Part shown: positions 40,294 to 53,045 of the stretch, in pieces | How positions within the stretch are numbered: position 1 is the stretch's first letter | Layout of the letters: each line of letters starts with the position of its first letter | Assembly (NCBI GenBank): GCA_951406725.2 | Contig: OX597833.1 | Span: forward strand, 24,118,001 to 24,182,000 | DNA length: 64,000 nucleotides | From: Octopus vulgaris | Lineage: Eukaryota | Reading direction: 5' to 3' | Notes under the pieces: generated by a model | The model's input: the letters and a program-made list of their open reading frames with translations, nothing else | Told to the model about the DNA's origin: nothing | The model's database searches: none | Made by a program: the position numbers and the translations under genes

Positions 40294-40596
40294 ATAACCG
40301 TTGGTTACAGACAGTAGCACTATGCCTTGCTCGAGGTATATACTTTTAATGTGACACACAGTCATTGATCTCATGAAGAGGAAAACAATTAGTTTTAAAT
40401 CTCTGAGCAAGAAATAAGTATTAGCAGTACTACAAAGTAAAATATATTTGATACCGTAAAGTGGCAGTCCTGATTAGGACGATGTTACTACATTCTTTGG
40501 CCCCTGGGAAACATCTTTTCCAGCTGGTTACCGACACAACTGCGTCCTTATACCTCGGTCAATGGAGCTAATGTCCCCACTCAGCCTTAAACGGTA

Positions 40597-40641
40597 CTTG
40601 CGGACCATGGTTTCTGAATTATTTCGTTTCATCGGCACAGG
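40597..40641 (-). ncRNA. Type I hammerhead ribozyme (CCGAUGA variant), copy 2
   Basis: CCTGTG CCGATGA AAC-GAA-ATAA-TTC-A GAAA CCATGG TC CGCAAG; palindromic stem III. Confidence 0.7.
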
Positions 40642-41235
40642 ATAACCGTTGGCTAGAGATGGGGCTAAAAAAGGTAGCAACATCATCTTAATCAGGACTG
40701 CCACTTTACGTTGGTAAATAGATTTTACTTTGTAGTACTGTTACTACTTACTTCTCGCTCAGAGAATTAAAACTAATGGTTTTCCTCTTTACGAGATCAG
40801 TGACTGCGTGTCTCTTTAAAAGTTTGTACCTCGAACAAGGCCTAATGCTGCCATCTCTAGCCACTCTCCACTCGTTAGCCGCACAGATTTTCTTAAACTC
40901 TGGCAATACGTTTCTAGTAATCTATCCTTCTTTATGGGGCTCATCGAAATCCACGATCTTCCGAAATATTTCTTGAGGACGTTATGAAGAGTTTCATTTG
41001 CTTCAAACTTATATTTAATTCGAGTAATGGTAAGTCGCATAGATAGCTCTGTTTGTAACTCCCCCATAAACTGTCTTGGTACTTTGATTTTCAAACCTCC
41101 AGAAGCACTTTAGGGTAAATTTCTTTTATTCTAAACTTAATCTGGATCCCTTCATTATTTGTTATAGGTTTAAACTGAAAAAGAAATTAAAATTGAGTTA
41201 TCAGCTGCTAAAGTGTATACAATTTTTGATTACAA

Positions 41236-41277
<42 letters not shown>

Positions 41278-41588
41278 CAATCACACACACACACATACAT
41301 ACAGACAGACAGACACACACATACGTATAGACACAAACATATGGAATAACAACGCAACATCGATTACAAGAGCCACAAAATTGAGTTTCTATATTTTGAT
41401 GTTTTTGATACAATATGTTCCACTCTAATGACTTAAAACAGAGAAGCAACTAGATATAATAACGTTGACACCTATTTGGAATTAGTTTGGCAACAGCTTT
41501 CTAGAACAGCCGATACATACTATACACACGCACACATATTTCTGTCCATCCATCCATCTGTTTCTCTGCCTCCTTTCTGTCTGTCTAA

Positions 41589-41671
<83 letters not shown>

Positions 41672-41672
<1 letters not shown>

Positions 41673-43435
41673 ATTAATGGGGAAGGCTGGCTTATGAGAT
41701 TACCCTGAGTTTCGTGTCCATAAAGGGTTTAGCTTTGTGGCGTATCGTCAGACCCCAAGACCTCTTCAAAAAATGGAGGGGGAAAAGCCTCGTTACAAAG
41801 GTTAATAATAGGGGATTATCCCCTATGCCATTAGCTATCGACTTCCGGCTTGCCGTCATCTTGCGGATTCCATAGCGCTAGCTGGAATTTCCTAAAATGT
41901 AAACATGGCCCGAAAATCTCCGTTCTGGAGTTAAGGATGTTCCCTGGTTCGAGCGAGTCTTTTAGGATTCTCGCGTGTTCATCTATGCATAACTAGCAGC
42001 GCTTCGTCCCGTTGGTGTGCGGGCCTGGGTTTTCGAGGATTTTCCATGAGATCGCGTATGGGATCCCATCGTCTCTTAGTTACCAGGCGTGATTGGCCAG
42101 CGACGTTATGTATCTCCTTTCCGGAACTCTGAAGGAGGACCTAACGTTGGAGAGACGCTACTTGAGAGAATTCCCAGTGCTTCCAATGTATTTCCGTGGG
42201 CGCCTGTTGTCGATGCTGCACCTGTTGCTATTGTTTTTGCTGCTGTCGCTGATATTGTTGCTAGTGCAGAAGATGATAGTGGAGTCAGTAATGCTACCGC
42301 CATTGCCGGTTATGAAGTAGGTGCTCACTAACAAGGGAAGAAGCAGAGCAAGGTTCACCCAATTTCATATAGTCGATTTTTACCCGTCTATATCAAAAGG
42401 GCTACTGACCAAGGCGCTTTCTTTCGTTAGGGGCTTCACTAGAATTAGCGACAAAGATGTAGAAATTATGTATGCCAGAAAGACAGTGCTGTTCAACAGG
42501 TTCGGTATGGGTCAAGCAATCCGACCCCGCAGGCTCCTTTGACGTAGTGATGGGAGCCTACGACAGCGCTGACGTACGCGACCCCATCGGGCTGTATATC
42601 CTAGATACCCTTAGGAAAAGTTCCCCTCTGTCCTCTTTGGCCTCTACAGAAATGACGCCCTAGCCATCTCTAGGAGAGCAAGCGGCCATCCACTAGACAG
42701 GCTTAGGAAAGACTTAATCAGCACGCTTGCCTCTATGGGATTGTAGATCACCATAAAGACCAACCTCACAACAGTGGATTTCTTAGACGTCACTCTTGAT
42801 TTGGGTTCCGGTACTTACAGGCCCTACCGCAAACCAAATGAGAGGCTAACGTATATCAACCCAGCCTCATGTCACCCACAGAACGTGTTCAAGAGTGTTA
42901 GTAAGAGGTTTACGAGCCTTTCCTCCAACTAAGCGGCTTTTAGCCCAGCGTCCCCGTACTATAACGAGGCCCTAGCTGCTAGCAGGTTTAGAGATTTCGT
43001 CTTCTACATGCCGAAACCCAACAGCCACAGAAGGAAGCGCCGCAGAAATACAATTTGGTTTGCTCCCCTTCTCCCTTAACACAATAATGCCCGTAGGTAG
43101 ACTTTTCCTTAAATTAATAGACAAGCATTTCGCTAGTCCCCATAGGCACGGGCCCATTTTCAACAGGCGCAACTTTAGGGTCTCGTTTAGTTGTGCCTCC
43201 AATATTAAAAGCATCCTGGTTAACGCTCCTAAGCTACAGGAAGAGATAGTTTGTTCATGTAGGAACCGCAACAGTTTCCCGGTAGGAGGCCGCTGTGAAA
43301 CCAAAGTGGTCGTCTATCAAGTCGAAATAGTAGCGAACTCTGCCAATACCACCGGCAGAAGCAATAGCAGCAGTAGACACGAGAACAGAACCAACAACAC
43401 TACCACTACCATCGCCATAGTGGACAGCATAATCA
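41672..43435. mobile_element. 5'-truncated, 5'-inverted Penelope-like element (RT plus GIY-YIG pseudogene, HHR-bearing 3' end)
   Basis: Plus strand 42325-43435: FHIVDFYPSIS, SFDVVMGAYDSAD, GLYRNDAL, VDFLDVTLDL, IFNRRNFRVSFSC, CSCRNRNSFPVGGRC, VVYQV. Minus strand 42320-41840: KYIGSTGNSLK*R, ISWKILE, KRC*LC, LNSRTEI..CLH. Confidence 0.88.
41696..41756 (-). ncRNA. Type I hammerhead ribozyme in the PLE 3' pLTR
   Basis: GGGGT CTGACGA [CCA-CAAAG...CTTTA-TGG] GAAA CTCAGGG TA ATCTC, same strand as the GIY-YIG remnant. Confidence 0.75.
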
Positions 43436-44047
43436 TTTCTTTATTCCTGAGAGAAGGAATGTATGCTTACCATGCTCGAAGATTTGTGAATAGTTGAACG
43501 ACAGCAAAGCAACGTACTTGCGTGAAATTGTGTTTCAAACTGCGAAATGCTTTTACGGAAACCTTATCTAATACTGAAACAGGTTCGGTCTAGCACTGTA
43601 TTCTGGGTAAGAAGGACTGAGATTGAATGTTAAGGAATGACCAAAAGAATGGTAACTAGAGGGGGCCAGTGGGGAGTGTCTAGGTGACAATGACATGAGG
43701 CCATCCAGCACCGATCCGCGATCCTATACAGTTTTAGTAGATATGTTTTGATTGATAAAGTATGACGTTTTAGGGGGAACACTTTTTTTGCTTGTTTTCT
43801 TTAGAAGGTGATGTTGTGTCTTGTTTTGGTGAGATTTTTCTTGAGCCATATTTCTGGTGTATGTAAAAATGATGTCATTTTCTAGTCAGTGGTAGTTTCT
43901 CTCCCCACTCCCTCTCTCTTTTGTTATCTCTCTTTGTTTCTTCGCTTTCTTTTCCTCTTTCGCGACTTTAGAATACTGATGACATGACACACTCACCACA
44001 AAACCCAGTAATTAAAATTGGAACAAGTAACATGTTTTGCTAATTTC

Positions 44048-44205
<158 letters not shown>

Positions 44206-44377
44206 ATATTTCATATTTTTTGCTTGGTTAAGGAAGCAAAACAATTATGAATTTTATTATCTATGTTTATGTTCGGAAAATAAAATGTTCTTTAGATTAT
44301 AAGATTATAAGAAAGGAAAATAGGTAGGCTATATCTCAAACCAAAGAACCATGCAAAGTATATATATATATATATAT

Positions 44378-45548
44378 GTATATATATAAAACTGAGAATG
44401 TGTGTCTGTCTGTTTGTCTGTCTGTGTGTTTCTCTAAACTTGAGAACTACTCAACCAATTTCATTCAAATTTTACACATGCCTTACTTAGAGTCCGGGGA
44501 GTGTCATCGGCGAAAAATTTTTTTAACTTTTTGCCTAGGGCGAGCTCACAGCAATATCATATCTTCTCCACTACGATTCCCTAAAACTTGAGAACTACTC
44601 AACCAATTTCATTCAAATTTTACACATGCCTTACTTAGTGTCCATGTAGTTTCATGGGCAAAAAAAAGTTCAACTTCTTGCCTAGAGCGAGCCCATAGCA
44701 ATATCATATCTTCTCCACTATTTCAGTATTACATGTTAAAAGTGAAACAAAAACATTTCTCTATTTTATGTCAGATACTTTCACTTTAACAGTTATAATA
44801 ACAATTGAATTATATGTAGTAAGTAATAATTAAAATCAAACTAAAGTATAATATAATCGTAACATAACAAAAGTAAAAATAGCAATTGGTATGAAATTGC
44901 ATCAATGAATTGAACTTGAATAAGTGGTTTCACATGAATGGGAATAAATCAAAAATAAAATTAGCGTGCAGAAATGGAATAGTCCAGATGGATAATAAAA
45001 AAATAAATTAAAGAAAAGACTATTGTCTATAAAGTATACAATGTAGAGAAAAAAGATTTGAACACATGGAGGAAAGCACCTTCGAAAAGTGTCTTGGTGC
45101 GACTATGAAAGATATCTAATCAGAGGCGGTAAATTCGCCACAATAGAAGCAAGGTTCGAGTCAACGGTACGTGCAAGGGAGTACTCGACTCGAACTTGCT
45201 AAGTGGAAATATTTTATTTTTACCTTTATATCTGGGACGTAAGACGTCCCGGAAAAAATTTTAAATGCCCCCCCCCGAAATAGAGGTAGGCTGGATTGTA
45301 GCCACATTTCTATACAAGAGGGAGGACAAGATACAATTGATCGAAATTACAAGAGACGGGCTAACAATTCCAGTCTGTTATATATTTTGAGTATTGTTAT
45401 CACTAGCGATATCAAGATATAACTTTGTACTTTGTATTTTATGTGTAGATGTATATATATAGATGTACATATAATATGTATACATATATATACACATATA
45501 TACATGCACTAGCACTATGACCCGGCAACGACGGGTCTTTAATGCTAG
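44378..45548 (+). mobile_element. Non-autonomous Helitron-like element with an internal ~148-bp tandem duplication
   Basis: 3' hairpin GACCCGGCAACGACGGGTC then CTAG|T; TA-rich 5' start; duplicated AAACTTGAGAACTACTCAACC unit at about 44435 and 44584. Confidence 0.65.
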
Positions 45549-46079
45549 TATATATATAAAATACAGAATGGGACAAGAACGCAAAACATCCGGACAACTA
45601 GGTGATACAAAAAGGGACAACAAAACATCACACACACACACAGACAGACAGACAGACAGACACACACACACAGACAGACAGACAGACAGACAGATAGACA
45701 CACACACACATATACACACGCACTGTCATGTCTTCGTAATTAGATATGTTACCTTTACTGCTTAACTGTTCTGAACCAACACCTTCAAGTATCTTTTACT
45801 TGTTTCAATCTTTCGACTGCGGCCATTTTAGGGGTACCACCTTAAAGAGCATAGTCAAGCAAATTGACTCCAGTATGTATTTTTCTAAAAGCCTGGTATT
45901 GACTCAGTCGGTTTCTTTTGCCGACCCTCTAAGTTACAGAGACGTAAACAAACCAACACCAGTTGTCAAACGATGGTTGAGGCAAAACACACACACACTA
46001 CACACACATACAAATACTCACAAGCACACACACACACGGTATGTATGTATGAATGTATGCATGTATGCATGCATGCATG

Positions 46080-46113
<34 letters not shown>

Positions 46114-46389
46114 TGTATGTATGTATGTATGTATGTATGCATGCATGCATGCATGTGTGTGTATACATGCATGTGTGTGTATGTATGTATGTATGTATGT
46201 ATGTATGTATGTATGTATGTATGTATGTATGTATAAAGATAGGATTCAACGATCAAGGAGTAGGAAGTTAGTGAGCTTCAAGCAATCCGTTGAAGATATA
46301 GAAAAACAACTTTCAGGAACAATAGTAGCTTATTGGCGCAGAAGTTTGAGAATTTTTTTCCGTATCGAGGTACGATAAGCTGAAAAAAA

Positions 46390-46690
46390 TTCAGGCTACC
46401 TATGTTTCATAGCTAGTGGAAGCTCGGAAATAGTAAATTACCCAAACAACCGGTAGACCGCAAGCTACCCTTCAGGCCAGGGATACTTTAATTATATGAA
46501 GTTTACATTGTCGTTACGAGATCCCGTGTTAACTCTCCAACAAGTTTACACGGGATCTCGTTACGACAAAGTAAACTTCACATAATCAAGGTACCCTTGG
46601 CCTGATGAGTATCTTGCGATCTACCCCTCGTCTGGATAATTTACTACTTCTGAGGTTTTGCTTGCTATGAAACATGTGTAGCCTGGATTT
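46390..46690. repeat. Inverted repeat with a hammerhead motif in each arm
   Basis: Plus arm GGC CTGATGA GTATC...GCTAT GAAA CATGTG TA GCC (46599-46683); minus arm GGC CTGAAGG GTAGC...GCTAT GAAA CATAGG TA GCC (46478-46394). Confidence 0.7.
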
Positions 46691-46713
46691 TATCTCCTCC
46701 ATTCCCTAAATTT

Positions 46714-46772
<59 letters not shown>

Positions 46773-46773
46773 T

Positions 46774-46829
<56 letters not shown>

Positions 46830-46830
<1 letters not shown>

Positions 46831-47560
46831 TAGATGTACCCGCCCTGACCTGTTGGGTCACAACCACTCCAAGCTGAAAATGTCGATGCGCAGCAGTAAA
46901 GGAAAAAATACTATTCCGAACTTCATGCAATCAAGTTTTTTAATCATACAGTTCTTCTGCCTTTGATGTGACGACATAAACATGACCAAGTGTTTCTTCT
47001 TTGAAAACGTTCAAATGGCCTTCAACTTTTTTTCCTCTCTTTCTTTACCATTCTTTGTTAACACTGTTCCAAATGAAATACGTGGGTATTTCAGCAGAAA
47101 GTAATGTTTTTGCAAAGTCATCATTGATGCACAATGAAAAGAATTCTGTCAATGTTCTTCTCATATATCGTTCATTGACAGCCATATAAATCCTCATTAG
47201 TTCTGAGTAATATTCTTTGTTCATCTAGCAGATGAACTTGCAGCCTCACTATTGTAGGTGTTCTTTCATGAATTGAAAATCCTAAAATGGATGCAACTGC
47301 TTCGAATAGTCCTATATACCTTCCCATTAGATATTGACTAATTTCCTTATTATTTATTTCAACAGTAGCTTGGTCATTTCCTTTCGGCATGTACTTGATG
47401 ACGTATTTAATTGACCTCACTGAAGCAACGATTTCAATGGCATCTGAATGCTCTTAAATGAGTTTCTTTATAAAGTACAACCCATTTGTCGTTGTTTGTT
47501 TTTCCATTCTTATGAGATTCAACTCCTTCCATTGCAACTGATCTTCGTCTATAAAGAGAT
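46830..47560 (-). mobile_element. Helitron RepHel remnant with its 3' terminus
   Basis: SIKYVIKYMPKGND..EISQYLMGRYIG..EAV..ILGFSIHERTPTIVRLQVHL; TEFFSLCINDDFAKTLL..EIPTYF; 3' hairpin and CTAG|T at 46830. Confidence 0.85.
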
Positions 47561-47739
47561 ATTCTTTCTGTTTGTTTTTCTGTCTTTTAATTGCGATGAT
47601 AAAGATTAATATTTTATTTCAAATATATAAAATAGTATTTTTCCCCTTTAAGAAAAAAAAAAAAAATCAGTACCCGTGATACAAAAATTACAATTATAAA
47701 TACAAGTGTTTTATATTTTTAGATTAATAATTGTATTTG

Positions 47740-48345
47740 CAGGCGGGTCGAAATGCTTGGCAGCATTTCATCTGCCGTTACGTTCAGAGTTCAAATTCCG
47801 CCGAGGTCGACTTTGCCTTTCATCCTATCGGAGTCGACAAATTAAGTACCAGTTACGTACTGGGATCAATATAATCGACTTAATCCGTCTGTCTGTCCTT
47901 GTTTGTCTCCTCTGTGTTTAGCCCTTTGTGGGTTGTAAAGAAATAGGTATTTCACCCGCCTTTACGTTTTGAGTTCAAATTCCCCCTAGGTCGAATTTGC
48001 CTTTAATCCTTTCGGGGTCGATAAATTAAGTACTAGTGAAACACTGGGGTCGATGTAATCGACTAGTTCCCTCCTTCAAAATTTTAGGCCTTGTGCCTTT
48101 AGTAGAAAGGATTATTATTACTATCGCAAAGGCAACGAGCTGGTAGAATCGTTAGCACGTCAGACAAAATGCTTAACGGCATTTCGTCCGTTTTTACGTT
48201 CTGAGTTCAAATTCCGCCGAGGTTGATTTAGCCTTTTATCCTTTCGAGGTCGTTGAAATAAGTCCCAGTTGAGCACTGGGGTCAATAGAGTCGAATAGCC
48301 CCATCACCCCAAATTTCAGGCCTTGTACCTATAGTAGAGAGGAAT
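47740..48345 (+). mobile_element. Nested/tandem cluster of family B SINEs
   Basis: Three GAGTTCAAATTCC...CATCC/AATCC/TATCC cores in series. Confidence 0.8.
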
Positions 48346-48352
48346 ATTATTA

Positions 48353-48917
48353 TTGGGTTGTCCGGAAAGTTCGGGCCGATTTTTAAAGGAAAGAAAAGGT
48401 CAATAAATACTTGCCATTACATTTTTAATCAACCAAATATGAACCATTTTGTTGCACAATGCGTCTCCATCTTTCCTTTAACTTGAAAATACCCTCTTCC
48501 CAGAATTGAAGTGGTTTCATAGCAAAGAATTCATCAAGGTATCTTTTTACGTCATCCAAGGAATTGAAATTTTTACCATTAAGACTATTCTGCAGAGACC
48601 TGAATAAGTGGGAATCCGAAGGAGCAATATGTGGTGAATATGGAAGGTGGGATAACACATCCCAGACAAGCTGCAGCAATTTTTGTCTGGTTCCCAAAGC
48701 ATCAAGTGCCGAAATTGAACTTTCTTATCTTCTATTTTAAAGGGTTACAGAATTAACACAGCTTATAGGAACATAAACCTTCTTCCACGAAAAGATAGAT
48801 TAAACTGTGCTCTAAATGGAGGTGTAGTAAAATTCTATTTTATAGACTCAACCATGCTCTAAAATAAGTCGAAAGGTAAGCTACTATAAATCGGCACGAA
48901 CTTTCCGGACAACCCAG
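48353..48917 (-). mobile_element. Internally deleted mariner transposon
   Basis: TIRs TTGGGTTGTCCGGAAAGTTCG / CGAACTTTCCGGACAACCCAG; ORF remnant HLPYSPHIAPSDSHLFRSL. Confidence 0.92.
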
Positions 48918-49329
48918 TATTATTGTTGTTGAGCTTGAGAAGAACGTGAAGAGTGTCCCTAATTTTCTACCCATCCTAATCTGGTGAATTTGGTACACTT
49001 GATACCCATCTAGAAATTAAGCACATCAGTGTCCATCAGTTTCGAAAGACCCTGGATCGTGTCAGCTGCTGATGTTGGTGCGGCGTCTGTTGTAACTCTT
49101 AAGACCCGCACAGGAGTGGCTGTAGCACAGCAGTATGAAGATAGAAAGTGGGTAGCAGAAGCTCCAGGTGAGAGAAACAATTAGCCAAATTTTTAGAACA
49201 GTGTCTGAAGTATGAGAGATATATAATTGATAACCAGCAGTGCATTAATTAGGCTGGTTTAGGGTAGTGGTGTCTTAAAGGCCAGTGTTTCTCAGTGCAG
49301 TTATTCAAAGTGTCACCCACGTACTACAC

Positions 49330-50660
49330 AAAATTCAGAGCTACTATAATATGATATTTACCATCCATTTTCTACTGTAGTATGATATCTACTATTAATT
49401 TTCTACTATAGTATATCTACCAACAGTTGGTAGTATGAAGTATGTTAAAGATCATTAAACATTTATTCTACAAAAAGAAAGGAGCAGTTTGTAGTGTAAA
49501 ATTTATTAAGAATTACTAATACCTTATACAAAATAAAAATGATCAAATATTGATTTTAATGTTTATAAACTGATCTGATATCATTTAAAAAAGCAGTGAA
49601 CAGGTCATCGTTTTTCCTGAGCATGTTCCAACAATGATGCAAATGTGATTGAAAATGTTGAGTAGGTGCGCCTCTTTTTTTCTTGAGTATTTCAATCTTA
49701 GCATCAAGCCACGATCGCTCAATAGCTTGTATATGAGCTCCTGATGTCGGGTCCACATAATTCACTTGTTGATTGACGGTTTTGTGCTTATAACCGATAT
49801 TCCTTAAGCAACGGTAGGCCGGTCACTCATCGGAATGGATCGCAGAGCCAAGCTTACATTTACGTTCTCTGATAAGAATCAGTGTCCCTATCTCTTCGTT
49901 TAACATAAAAGTACTGACAATCAAGCCTGTTTTCCAGACCAAAAGGCCAGGGGCCATCTATGCATGCTCCACAGTTCTTTTTTCTAAGTTCTGCATCAGA
50001 ATCCTCTGAGTTCGGAGGTTGATCACCAGTGAACATTCGACCACGGTTATATTTACGACGACCAGCAGACCGAACCTCGTCAATCTGTATAGGATTTTCC
50101 TGTATGACACTCATTTGACCCCTCGTCTGGTGTGATATTATCTTGCTACTAGCTCCACGACACATATTAAACCAGTCAGTAATAGTATTGGGCGACTTTC
50201 CAGTAAAGGTTACTGTAATACTCATCGGGATTTCGTGAATAAAATAGTACACTAATTCTAAAATTTCACACACATTCAAGCTGCTATTGATCTTCCCATT
50301 CAAATTGGTACAGTGGAAAAACTGATTTCCTTTCCGAACTGAGTGATATACTTGGCACCCTTTTTTCGGATATCTCAGAATTGGCTGGAATTCTTCCGTT
50401 CTATTCCTCTTTCTTTTTTATTGCATTTATGTTCCGCATTTATGACCTACCTGGTCAATAAGATTGTGCTCTCTCAAAAAGGACACCACTTCATCTTCAC
50501 TTGAGATTATTTTGTAAAAGTTTCTGGCCAGCATGGTGTAGTGCGAACAACTAAATGGGCTACAATTAATTGTTGAAGGCCTAAGTGGGTTGTTTGTAAT
50601 TGTCATTTACAGTGGGTCGCAAATAGCAAGACAGCTATACTATAGCAGCACCCTGAATTC
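49330..50660 (-). mobile_element. Merlin (IS1016/ISXO2-like DDE) transposon remnant
   Basis: IQIDEVRSAGRRKYNRGR, IHSDE*PAY, YVDPTSGAHIQAIERSW motifs; degenerate inverted ends near 49330 and 50660. Confidence 0.8.
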
Positions 50661-50918
50661 TTAGAAATGTTTTGTGGATTCTTTTTACTCGTAGCACAAA
50701 ATTCCCGTTTATCACTGACTATTATGGCAATAGTTGTTAGCATAAGCAAATAGTAATATTGATTTCAAATTTTGGCACAAATTCTGCCAAGGTCGATTTT
50801 GCTTTTCATCCTTTCGTGGTCGTTGAAATAAGTGCCAGTTGTGCACTGGGGTCGATATAATCGAATAGCCTCCTCACCCCAAATTTCAGGTCTTTTGGAG
50901 CAGGGAGTAAGTCGATTA

Positions 50919-53045
50919 TGTAAGAAATATGAACGCACGTGGTCGCATTGTGTAGGGAATACGATCGCACGTGGTCATATTCCTAATGAATTATTACAAG
51001 CCATAAATACATGCAGTAACAACAGAACATAAGTGAATCGACGACAAGTCTTGCTGTGGAGAGATAAATATTATTTATTTTACAACCGTGTCAATGTTAG
51101 GAGTTCGTAAGCGTTAACACGCGTGTGCGCATGCAACACGTGTTTGTGTCTGTGTGTTCGTGTGTGTGACAGAACAATCAGAGTGAATGCGTTTGGCATA
51201 GAAGGGTACAGAACATAGAATATATAATGGAAATTGGTTTACTGTTCGTATGGCGAAAACGTTGGAAACGACTTGAAGTTGATACATGATGGTGGAGACG
51301 GCGAAGATAGTAGGCTTTCTGTGATTGTGTACATTAGCGTCGTAGCTAGTGGTAGCAGGAACAATCATATATCGTTTGGTTGAGTAGCGCTGTGGTCTAA
51401 AGTTAGTTCTTAGAAGAACTGGAACCAAAGACGAATGTGTCTGAGAACACTCCCTTATATACCGGTTGGGTGGCTCAAACGAGCCTCAGAAATGGGATCT
51501 TAACCAAAGGCCGTGATTGGTTGGCTTTGGCCAGTGGCGCGAAATAAGTAGAGAGACAGACCGCGCTTAGATGCCAACCAATCAAAATAGTGGACACAAC
51601 AACGTTAAACTAGCCAAAGATGTTTGTAATCTCAAACGAGATCATTCTAAATATTTCTCTCAAACGGTGAAGATAGCAATGTAGAAAACAATATTGCTAC
51701 AGATAGCCTCTTGCCAGACGTTTTGTCGTAGACAAAACGACGATAAAATTGAAGCAAAGATGATATTCGAACGGTTGGTCAATTTAACTGGCACTAAGTC
51801 ACCTATGTGGAATGTTCGAGTGAACATAAAATGGCTGCGTGTTTGAAAACGGCGGGTCACCAGTGTAAGTAATATGAATGCACGTGGTCGTATTGTGTAG
51901 GGAATACGATCGCACGTGGTCATATTCTTAACGATTTATTATAAGCCATAAATACAATGCAGTACCAAAAGAACATAGGTGAATTGACGACAAAGCCGTT
52001 CCACTGTTTGAGAGAAGATAAGATTTTATTTACAATTGATGTTAAGGTTAGAAAGTTGTGAGTGCTAGCAAGTGCATATGTGCGTGTGTGCATGCAACAT
52101 GTGTTTGTGTCTGTGTGTTCGTGTGTGTGACAGATACAATAAGGATGAAAGCGTGTGACATAGTAGGTACAGAGCATAGAGTTAATGATGGAAATTGATT
52201 TACTGTTCATGAGGTACACGAAGTGTAAGCGTTCAATATCAAGATGTTGTGTCTCGGAGCTGAGATTAGTTGAATCACTTGTGCTTATCTTTCTCTTGAT
52301 ATAGATAGATATACTGCAACTGTTTTTCCGTGGTGAGATTTTCACCTAACAGCATGAGTTGAATCTGTAGTTATCTTGTGTACAAGTTAAATCTTCGTAG
52401 ATAGAGACGATGTTGGCGATGACGTTATGTCTGTCGCTTGGTTTACTATAGCGTCTTCATATCATGTTTTGCTTGGTTATTTTTCTCTTGATATATTCTT
52501 TCAGATATATATACTGCAACTGTTTTTCCGTGATGAGATTTTCACACTAACAGCATGAGTTGAATCTGTATTTATCTTGTCGTGTGCAAGTTGAATCTTC
52601 GTAGATGGAGACGATGTTGGTACAATGATGGTGACGACGGCGGCGGAGATAGAAATTGGTTTTCTGTTGCGGGTGTACATTAGCGTCGTCGTGGCTGATC
52701 GTCTGTCGCTGTGACTGGACATGTTGAGTAGCTCTGTGGTCAGAGGTTAGCCCTTATAAGGACTGGAACCAAAGACGAAAGTGTCTGAGAACACTCCCTT
52801 ATATACCGGTTGGGTGGCTCAAACGAGCCTCAGAAATGGGATCTTAACCAAAGGCCGTGATTGGTTGGCTTTGGCCAGTGGCGCGAAATAAGTAGAGAGA
52901 CAGACCGCGCTTAGATGCCAACCAATCAAAATAGTGGACACAACAACGTTAAGCTAGCCAAAGATGTTTGTAATCTCAAACGAGATCATTCTTAATATTT
53001 CTCTCAAACGGTGAAGATAGCAATGAAGAAAACAATATTGCTACA
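50919..53045 (-). mobile_element. TRIM-like non-autonomous LTR retroelement inserted into a family B SINE
   Basis: Two TG...CA LTRs (50919-51701, 51864-53045), 162-bp internal region, ATTA 4-bp TSD, minus-strand PBS-like TGGTGACCCG, TATA (TATATAAG) and CCAAT motifs in each LTR. Confidence 0.8.

Larger units (their letters stand above)
40100..40850 (-). mobile_element. Small HHR retroelement: about 1.7 tandem ~330-350-nt units plus an inverted partial copy, next to (CA)n
   Basis: Repeat units begin at about 40103 and 40431; reverse-complement copy at about 40660-40850. Confidence 0.75.
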
